Shown here: positions 31,584 through 38,782 of the stretch, piece by piece
Numbering within the stretch: the stretch's first letter is position 1
Layout of the letters: every line of letters starts with the position of its first letter
DNA from: an uncultured bacterium
GTDB lineage: Bacteria > Eisenbacteria > RBG-16-71-46 > CAZHEV01
Length of the DNA: 64,000 bases
Direction: 5' to 3'
Assembly (NCBI GenBank): GCA_964531335.1
Contig: CAZHEV010000012.1
Location: 34,866-98,865, forward strand
Translations under genes and position numbers: made by a program
Notes under the pieces: generated by a model
What the model saw: the letters and a program-made list of their open reading frames with translations, nothing else
Database searches by the model: none
Told to the model about the DNA's origin: nothing

Positions 31584-33503
31584 ATGTGTGGAATAGCAGG
31601 CATATACAACTACAGATCCTCGGCCCCCGTGGGGGAGGAGACCCTGCGCGCCATGGCCGATTCCCAGATCCACAGGGGGCCGGACGACGAGGGCTTCTAC
31701 TTGGACGGGGGCCTGGGGCTCGCCTTTCGCAGGCTCAGCATCATAGATCTCGAAAAGGGCGCCCAGCCGATCTCCAACGAGGACGGCACCGTCTGGAGCG
31801 TGCTCAACGGAGAGATCTACAACTACCTGGAGCTGCGCGAGAGCCTGAAGAACAAGGGACACAGGTTCAAGACCAACGTGGACAGCGAGGTGATCCCGCA
31901 CCTGTACGAGGAGTACGGCCACTCCTTCGCCGAGCACCTGCGCGGGATGTTCGCCGTGGGCCTCTGGGACGAGAAGAAGAGGCAGCTTCTTCTGGTAAGG
32001 GACAGGCTGGGGATAAAGCCCTTGTATTACTGGGACGAGGGCGGCTCCTTCGTCTTCGGCTCCGAGATAAAGGCGATTCTGGCTTCAGGGCGGGTCGATC
32101 GCGCCGTGGACCTGCAGGCGCTTTCAGATTACGTCACCTTCAGGTACGTACCCGCTCCGGCGACCATGTTCAAGGGGATCATGAAGGTGCCGCCCGGGTG
32201 CATGGTGACGGTGGGCGAGTCGGGCGTCCGCCGGGACCGCTACTGGGACTTTCGATTCGAAGGCGGCACTGACGGCGACGACAGGGAGATGGAGGAGCGC
32301 CTGTGGTCCATGATGCGCGATTGCGTGCGCATGAGGCTGATGAGCGACGTGCCCCTGGGCGCGCTTCTGAGCGGCGGCATAGACTCGAGCCTCATAGTGG
32401 CCATGATGAGCGATCTGGTGGACGCGCCGGTCAAGACATTCTCCGTCGGCTTCGAGTCGGCGGGGCCGCTCAGCGAGCTGCCCTACGCCAGGATGGTCTC
32501 CGAGAGGTTCGGCACGGACCACTACGAGATAGTCGTCGGCTACGAAGACCTGGTGGAGAACCTGCCGAGGCTGGTATGGCACCAGGACGAGCCGGTCACC
32601 GAGCCGGCCGCGATCCCGACCTACATGGTCTCGCGCCTTGCGCGGGAGCACGTGGTGGTCGTGCTCACCGGCGAGGGCGCGGATGAGCTTTTCGCCGGCT
32701 ACCCGCAGTACGGGCTGGAGAGCTGGGCCGGCCGGTACCAGAGAATACCGGGGCCGATCAGGGATCGCTTCATACGTCCTCTCGTCGCCTCGTTGCCCTT
32801 CGGCTTCAGGAGGCTGCGAGTCGTGGAGCGAAGCCTGTCCACGGCGTCGGACGGCGACAGATGGAGCAGCTGGTTCGCGGGCTTCAGCGGCGCGGAGAAG
32901 CGCAGCCTGCTCACGCGGGATTTCATCTCTTCGGTGGAGGACCCCTCGGGCGAGCGCATATTCGAGGAGCACATTTCGCGTCTCGGGAGCGCACACCCGG
33001 TCGAGAAGATGCTCTACGCGGACACGAAGGTCTGGCTGCCGGACGATCTTCTCATGAAGATGGACAAGATGAGCATGGCGGCCTCCCTGGAGGCCAGGGT
33101 GCCCCTGCTCGATCACAAGCTCGTGGAGCTGGCCGCGGCGATGCCGCTCAGGATGAAGCTCGAGGGGTTGCAGGGCAAGGGCGTGTTGAGAAAGCTGGCG
33201 AAGGGTATATTGCCGAAGGAGATAATAAGGAGAAAGAAGGTAGGATTCGTCGTGCCTATAAACGTGTGGTTCAGGCGGGATCTCAAACCTCTTCTCGAAT
33301 CGATGCTCTTCTCGGCGCGGTTCCTGGACAGGGGGTACTTCGATTCGGGCTATCTGAGCAAGCTCGTCACGGAGCACACCGAGGGAAGGGTCGATCACCG
33401 AAGGGAGTTGTGGACTCTGCTCAACCTCGAGCTCTGGATGCGGACTTTCATCGACCCGGTCGAGGCCCAGCCTCTATCGATGAGTCTGGAGGACGTGAAG
33501 TAG
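31584..33503 (+). CDS. asnB: asparagine synthase (glutamine-hydrolysing) family amidotransferase
   Basis: ORF 31233-33503. The start must be at MCGIAGIYNY (ATG 31584), because the Ntn amidotransferase needs Cys2. The PP-loop SGGIDSS is present. Confidence 0.92.
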   Translation: MCGIAGIYNYRSSAPVGEETLRAMADSQIHRGPDDEGFYLDGGLGLAFRRLSIIDLEKGAQPISNEDGTVWSVLNGEIYNYLELRESLKNKGHRFKTNVDSEVIPHLYEEYGHSFAEHLRGMFAVGLWDEKKRQLLLVRDRLGIKPLYYWDEGGSFVFGSEIKAILASGRVDRAVDLQALSDYVTFRYVPAPATMFKGIMKVPPGCMVTVGESGVRRDRYWDFRFEGGTDGDDREMEERLWSMMRDCVRMRLMSDVPLGALLSGGIDSSLIVAMMSDLVDAPVKTFSVGFESAGPLSELPYARMVSERFGTDHYEIVVGYEDLVENLPRLVWHQDEPVTEPAAIPTYMVSRLAREHVVVVLTGEGADELFAGYPQYGLESWAGRYQRIPGPIRDRFIRPLVASLPFGFRRLRVVERSLSTASDGDRWSSWFAGFSGAEKRSLLTRDFISSVEDPSGERIFEEHISRLGSAHPVEKMLYADTKVWLPDDLLMKMDKMSMAASLEARVPLLDHKLVELAAAMPLRMKLEGLQGKGVLRKLAKGILPKEIIRRKKVGFVVPINVWFRRDLKPLLESMLFSARFLDRGYFDSGYLSKLVTEHTEGRVDHRRELWTLLNLELWMRTFIDPVEAQPLSMSLEDVK

Positions 33504-33509
33504 TAAGCC

Positions 33510-33549
33510 GCCCCGGGCGACGGGACCGACTCGCGGCCTGTCCCGGGGC
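33510..33549 (+). terminator. GC-rich hairpin after asnB (weak terminator candidate)
   Basis: GCCCCGGG (33510-33517) pairs with CCCGGGGC (33542-33549) across a 24-nt loop and is followed by TTTG. It has no long U-tract. Confidence 0.25.
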
Positions 33550-33660
33550 TTTGAAAAAAGCGAAGCGGGGGGAGCATCCCGGGCGCGGCGCGGGGGTAAG
33601 CTCAGAGTCGGAGATCGCGCGGCGGGATGAAGACAGGGAGGAAGAAAGGAGCCTTGCAGA

Positions 33661-34599
33661 ATGGCGGAATACCTGGTCACGGGCGGAGCCGGCTTCATAG
33701 GATCGAACATCTGTGAAGAGCTGGTGGCCGGAGGACACAGCGTGCGCGTGGTCGACAACCTGTCGACCGGAAAGATGGAGAACCTCGACGGCTTGACGGA
33801 CGACGTCGAATTCGTGCGCGCCGATATCTGCGACCTGGAAGAGATGATGGCGGCCACCGAAGGCGTAAGCTACGTTTTGCACCAGGCGGCGATACCCTCC
33901 GTGCCCCGCTCGATGAAAGAGCCCCTACGGGTGAACGAGGCCAACGTGGTCGGCACTCTGACCCTTCTGGAGTGCGCCCGCAGGCGGGGCGTGAAGAAGC
34001 TGGTCTTCGCCTCGTCCTCCTCCGTCTACGGCGACTCCCCGACCTTGCCCAAGCACGAGGAGATGCCCTGCGCGCCCAAGTCCCCCTACGCCGTCACCAA
34101 GACCGTGGGCGAGCAGTACTGCAGGATGTACCACTCGGCCTTCGGCCTGCCAGTCGTGATGCTACGCTACTTCAACGTCTTCGGCCCGCGCCAGGACGAG
34201 ACGTCATATTACTCCGGCGTCATCTGCAAGTTCACCAGCGCGCTCCTGGACGGCCGCGGGCTCACGGTCTACGGCGACGGCAACCAGTCGCGGGACTTTA
34301 CGTATATCGCAAACGTGGTGGACGCGAATTTCAAAGCCTGCCGGTCGGAGAAGGCGGTGGGGCGGGTCATCAACGTGGGCGGCGGAGAGCAGACCAGCAT
34401 AAACGATCTCGTAAGGGTTCTATCCGAGATCACCGGCGGCGAGCCGGAGGTCGAGCACACGCCCCCGCAGTCTGGAGATGTGCTCCACTCCAGAGCGGAC
34501 GTGAGGAGGGCGCGTGAGCTCCTGGGCCACGAGGCATCGGTCGGGCTCATGGAAGGCCTCAAGCGCACCGTGGAGTGGTATTCCTCGAAGACGGATTAG
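33661..34599 (+). CDS. NAD-dependent nucleotide-sugar epimerase (SDR; UDP-hexose 4-epimerase-like)
   Basis: A 312-aa ORF with GGAGFIGSN, SPYAVTK (YxxxK) and the RYFNVFGPRQ motif of extended SDR epimerases. AAAGGAG lies upstream. Confidence 0.9.
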   Translation: MAEYLVTGGAGFIGSNICEELVAGGHSVRVVDNLSTGKMENLDGLTDDVEFVRADICDLEEMMAATEGVSYVLHQAAIPSVPRSMKEPLRVNEANVVGTLTLLECARRRGVKKLVFASSSSVYGDSPTLPKHEEMPCAPKSPYAVTKTVGEQYCRMYHSAFGLPVVMLRYFNVFGPRQDETSYYSGVICKFTSALLDGRGLTVYGDGNQSRDFTYIANVVDANFKACRSEKAVGRVINVGGGEQTSINDLVRVLSEITGGEPEVEHTPPQSGDVLHSRADVRRARELLGHEASVGLMEGLKRTVEWYSSKTD

Positions 34600-34610
34600 A
34601 GCCGCGGTCG

Positions 34611-36329
34611 TTACTCCTTGGTCGCCAGAAAGCTCCCAATCGCCAGGTGAGTCATCCCCGATTTCAGGAACACGTCGACCGCGTCCTCCGGCGTGCAGAC
34701 TATCGGATAGCCGTGCAGGTTGAACGAGGTGTTCAGGACGCCGCCCCTTCCGGTTAGCGCCTCGAACTCGCTCAACAGCCGGTGGTAGTCGTTGTTCCAG
34801 TCCTTTGACACCACCTGCGGCCTCGCCGTGTCGTCGTAGGGGTGGACGGCCGCACGGAGCTCGTCGACCTTCTCCGTCGTGTTGAACGACATGATCATGT
34901 ACGGGGCATCGATGTCCTTGGGATTGACCAGGTAGTCGCCGGCGCGCTCCGCCTTTACCGAGGGGGCGAACGGCATCCAGAAGTCGCGGTTCTTTATCAT
35001 GTCGTTTATTACCTTCACCACGCCGGGCACGGTGGGGTCGGCCAATATGGACCTGTTGCCCAGGGCCCTTGCGCCGAACTCCATCCTCCCCTTGAACCTG
35101 CCGACAGGATGCCCCTCGGCCAGTATGGAAGCCGCCTTCTTCTCTATGTCGTCCTCCCTGTTGAAGCTGATGGCTCCGCCCGAGTCCTTCGCCCGTCGAA
35201 GCGCGTCCTCGATCTCGCCGTCCGAGTGCTCGGGACCGAGGTAGATCGGCCCTATCGGCTCGAGATCGGGGTCCACGCCCAGGTCGAGGCACTTGTCCCT
35301 GTAGGCGACGTAAGCCGCGCCCATGGCGTTCGACTCGTCCCCGCAGGAAGGGAACACGAACAGGGAGTTGAGCTCCGGCAGCTCCGAGACCGCCTTGTTG
35401 GCCTTGACGTTCATGAAGACGCCGCCGGCCAGGGCGACGTCGGATATCCCGGTGTGCCTTATGCAGTTTCGCACCCAGGTAGCGAGCATTCTCTCCGAGA
35501 ACATCTGGAGCCCGCCGCAGACGCCGTCGAATCGCTTCAACGCCAGCCCGTCGCGCAGGAAGTCGTAGCTGTAGTATGTCTCGGGGCAGCCCGGCCCCCT
35601 TTTCCAGACGATCGAGTCGTGCTCGGGGAAGACGAGGAGATCCTTGAAGAAGTTGTACACCTGCGCCGTGACCGTGCTCGAGGCGTAAGGGGCCAGGCCC
35701 ATGAGCTTGTACTCGTGCTCCAGCGGCACCATGCCCATGATGAAAGTGACCATCGCGTAGAGGTTACCGAGCGAGTCGCTCTCCGGGATCTCGGCCACCC
35801 TATTGATCGAGCCACCCTCTCCGACGTTCACGGAGGCGCAGAGCCCGTCGCCCGCGCCGTCGTTTGTGAGGACGAGGACCCGGTCCGGCTTGTCCGGCAT
35901 GCCGTAGTAGGCGCAGGCCGCGTGCGCGTGGTGGTGGTCGACGAATACGGCCCTCGACTTGTCCAGACCGGCCCTGGCGAGCCAACCGAGCCTGTCCGCC
36001 CTCCGTCGCTCGTTGTAGATCGTCCTGAGCGCGGTCCTTTTCAGGAACCGCTTGACCGTGGTCCTGAGCGAGCCGGTCTTCTCGTACTCTGCCATGAGCG
36101 CCTCGCGGTCCATGGGGTAGGGCATGTGATTCCCGTGCATCGCGATGACGTCTATGTCGGAGGGCTCGCAGCCGGCCATCTCGAGGATCTTGCGCGCCGC
36201 AAGCTCGGGAAAGCCCGACCAGTTCTTGACCCTGTTGAAGCGCTCTTCCTGAATCGCCGCCACCATCCGCCCGTCCTCTATCAAGGCCGCCGCGGCGTTA
36301 TGCCCGTCGTGGATACCGAGAACTCTCAT
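34611..36329 (-). CDS. carbamoyltransferase (NodU/CmcH family)
   Basis: ORF 34611-36404. The canonical N-terminus MRVLGIHDGHNAAAALIEDGRMVAAIQEERFNRVKN begins at 36329, 1 nt after the upstream gene stop. Confidence 0.9.
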   Translation of the reverse strand: MRVLGIHDGHNAAAALIEDGRMVAAIQEERFNRVKNWSGFPELAARKILEMAGCEPSDIDVIAMHGNHMPYPMDREALMAEYEKTGSLRTTVKRFLKRTALRTIYNERRRADRLGWLARAGLDKSRAVFVDHHHAHAACAYYGMPDKPDRVLVLTNDGAGDGLCASVNVGEGGSINRVAEIPESDSLGNLYAMVTFIMGMVPLEHEYKLMGLAPYASSTVTAQVYNFFKDLLVFPEHDSIVWKRGPGCPETYYSYDFLRDGLALKRFDGVCGGLQMFSERMLATWVRNCIRHTGISDVALAGGVFMNVKANKAVSELPELNSLFVFPSCGDESNAMGAAYVAYRDKCLDLGVDPDLEPIGPIYLGPEHSDGEIEDALRRAKDSGGAISFNREDDIEKKAASILAEGHPVGRFKGRMEFGARALGNRSILADPTVPGVVKVINDMIKNRDFWMPFAPSVKAERAGDYLVNPKDIDAPYMIMSFNTTEKVDELRAAVHPYDDTARPQVVSKDWNNDYHRLLSEFEALTGRGGVLNTSFNLHGYPIVCTPEDAVDVFLKSGMTHLAIGSFLATKE

Positions 36330-36330
36330 T

Positions 36331-37317
36331 TCAACTCCTTCCGGCCTGAGACACCACGCTTCTATAGACATCCAGAATTCTAAGCGAAACACGGGAAAGA
36401 TCAAGATGCGCGACCCTCTTCACGCCCTCCGTGCGCCCGCGCGCGGAGAGCACATCGCCGAGCGCCTCGGCTATCGGCCCCGCCTCGCGCGGGACCATAC
36501 GGCAGCCGTCCACGCCCTCGATCAGCTCGCGGACGTCGCCCACCTCGACGGATACTATCGGCAGGTCGCAGGCCATCGACTCCACGGCTATGTTGGGAGA
36601 ACCCTCGGAGTACGAGGTTATCAGGAGCGCGTCGCAGGCGTTCATGTGCAGGGATACCTTCTCCTCGCTGACGTTCGAGGGGGTGAGGATCTCGACGTCC
36701 ATGCCCCTGGCCTTCAGGAGGCCGACCGCCTCTTCGGCGAGAGGGAAGTTCTTGACGGGGATCGACCTGTCCCCAAGAAAGAGCACCTTGTGGCTGTCCA
36801 CCGGAAGACCCAGCGCGGCGCAGGACTGGGCCCTGTCCAGCGGCCTGAAAACCCTGAAATCCACCCCGCTCGGGACAACCACGACTTTCGAGCCGTTGGG
36901 GAACAGGTCCTTTATCTGCCGCGTCTTCACTATTACCGCGGAGGCGCTCTTGGCCGACTGCATCGCCGCTTTGACCAGGAGCCTGCTCACGGCCGTGACT
37001 TTGCCGTTGGGCTTTCGCCGGCCCAGCGCGTCGTCCCCCACGAAGGTCACCACCCAGGGGACCTTCTTCTGGCGGGCCGCTATGGCGCCGGTGAGCCCAT
37101 AATATGCGTGCACTATGTCATACCGACGCTCGGCGAGCCTGCGCTTCAGCCTGGGGAGGGCCCTTATGTACTCGCGGCGGTCCTTCCAGCCCTCGACCAC
37201 CATGACGTCGACGTCGACGCCGAGGTCGCGGAGCCCCTGCACCTCGCGCTTTACGTATATGCCGAGCCACTGCCGGTCGGGCTGCGGGTACATGTTCGTA
37301 AGCATTAGGACTTTCAT
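36331..37317 (-). CDS. glycosyltransferase family 4 (GT-B)
   Basis: A 328-aa ORF with MKVLMLTNMYP... and the C-terminal SYSEGSPNIAVESMACDLPIVS region (E-x7-E-like). Confidence 0.85.
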   Translation of the reverse strand: MKVLMLTNMYPQPDRQWLGIYVKREVQGLRDLGVDVDVMVVEGWKDRREYIRALPRLKRRLAERRYDIVHAYYGLTGAIAARQKKVPWVVTFVGDDALGRRKPNGKVTAVSRLLVKAAMQSAKSASAVIVKTRQIKDLFPNGSKVVVVPSGVDFRVFRPLDRAQSCAALGLPVDSHKVLFLGDRSIPVKNFPLAEEAVGLLKARGMDVEILTPSNVSEEKVSLHMNACDALLITSYSEGSPNIAVESMACDLPIVSVEVGDVRELIEGVDGCRMVPREAGPIAEALGDVLSARGRTEGVKRVAHLDLSRVSLRILDVYRSVVSQAGRS

Positions 37318-37353
37318 ATATCTATGTATCGGCCCGCGGCGTCCGCGGTCCTA

Positions 37354-38463
37354 TCAAGGCTCCTCTCCGGCCTCAGCCGCCAGGTGATAGACGGCCATCG
37401 CCAGATTCGCAGGGTAGGCGCGCGCGTCGCTCAGGATCCTGTAATCGCCGAAGGAAAACGGCAGGCTCCCGTCGGGCCTCTGCACGCCCAATGTCCACTC
37501 GTAGCCCTTTCGCGACAGTTCCCGGTATTCTCCCAGGCCCCATCGCGTGGCGCACGAAAGCGCATAGGCCAAGGTGTGGGCGTGATAGATGACGCGCGGA
37601 AGCTCGCTCTTGCAGCTATACCTGCAAGCCCCCTCGCCCGTGACCCCGCCCGCCAGAAAAGGGGCCATCTTGGCGGCGATGGACCGGGTCTCCAGGCGCT
37701 CCTTCCTCTTCCAGGAATGATAGAGATCTATCAGTTGAAACGCGTTGTACTGGTAACACTGGTAATGAGGGACGGAGCGGTCGTAGCCCTCCCCGGGGAC
37801 CTCGTAGGGCATCTCCCCGGTCTCTGTCTGCACGTCCTGGAGAAAGGCGAGCAGGGGGTCGGCCATCTTCATCGGCGCGGGGTCGTCCGAGGCGTCGGCG
37901 AGCTCCGAGAGAAACCAGAGCGCGGCGGTGGAGTTATTGGGCACCTTGCCGCGCGGCACGTTGAAGTAGTTGACCGCCGCTCCTTTTGCGCCGTGGCTCT
38001 GGTAACCTATGCGACCTTCCATGAACCTCCACCAGGCCACCGCCGCGTCCAGGCACTTCGCGTCGTCGGTCCGCCTGTATGTGGCCAGCAGTCCCGCGCC
38101 CGCCCAGAGCCCCTCTATGTTGGTCACCAGGTGGCGCCGCTCCGGCATGGGGCTGGGCCAGCTTCCGTCATCGCGCTGGCCTTCCATGCAGAAATCGCTC
38201 GAGGCCATGGCTATCTCGGCGAACCGGTCGTCCTTCGTGAGCCTGTGAAGTAGCCAGTTGCCGAGGATCCAATAGCCCTGGCCCTGGTAGGAGACGACGT
38301 CGTCCCTCCAGGGCAAGAAGGTCGTATATCCCTTGACGAACCGCCAGAACCTGAGGTTCCAGCGAACGCCCGGGGTGGGGCCGCGGAGGGCCTTGCCGTC
38401 CCAGTGCTCCCCCACGAGGTACTGGTGGAGCCTCAGGGCGGACTCGAGGAGGTTCTCTTTCAT
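37354..38463 (-). CDS. hypothetical protein, possibly an (alpha/alpha)6-toroid fold (terpenoid cyclase/prenyltransferase-like repeats)
   Basis: A 369-aa ORF with good coding appearance. The repeated DGSWP / PDGSLPF motifs resemble alpha/alpha-barrel repeat proteins. Function unknown. Confidence 0.6.
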   Translation of the reverse strand: MKENLLESALRLHQYLVGEHWDGKALRGPTPGVRWNLRFWRFVKGYTTFLPWRDDVVSYQGQGYWILGNWLLHRLTKDDRFAEIAMASSDFCMEGQRDDGSWPSPMPERRHLVTNIEGLWAGAGLLATYRRTDDAKCLDAAVAWWRFMEGRIGYQSHGAKGAAVNYFNVPRGKVPNNSTAALWFLSELADASDDPAPMKMADPLLAFLQDVQTETGEMPYEVPGEGYDRSVPHYQCYQYNAFQLIDLYHSWKRKERLETRSIAAKMAPFLAGGVTGEGACRYSCKSELPRVIYHAHTLAYALSCATRWGLGEYRELSRKGYEWTLGVQRPDGSLPFSFGDYRILSDARAYPANLAMAVYHLAAEAGEEP

Positions 38464-38626
38464 GCTAACGGCCTCTCTGAGAGATGTTTTGCCGTATTCT
38501 AGCAGCGTTTAGGAGAGACGGTCAACGAGCGCGTGCGGGGGAGGGCGCGCGGGGGATGGCGTGCAGGCATGCGCCGGGTTCGCTGGTGAGGGCCCATCAC
38601 CCCTGAGGGCGCCCGCATCCGACGGA

Positions 38627-38650
38627 ACGGTGTGTGCAAACGGTGTGTGC
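38627..38650. repeat. tandem 11-nt direct repeat ACGGTGTGTGC x2 upstream of DGR target 1
   Basis: ACGGTGTGTGC occurs at 38627-38637 and again at 38640-38650 (13-nt period), about 135 nt upstream of the GTG start at 38783. Confidence 0.6.
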
Positions 38651-38782
38651 GAAAGCACTTGAAGAATCCCATGTATGGGGCCAATATTGAGTGGCTTATA
38701 TCCGATAAGGTGCGCTGAAACATCCAGGCAAATCGCAGACAAGTAGAAGAACTTCGGTAATGGCTGAGGCGGAGGTGTCGTT

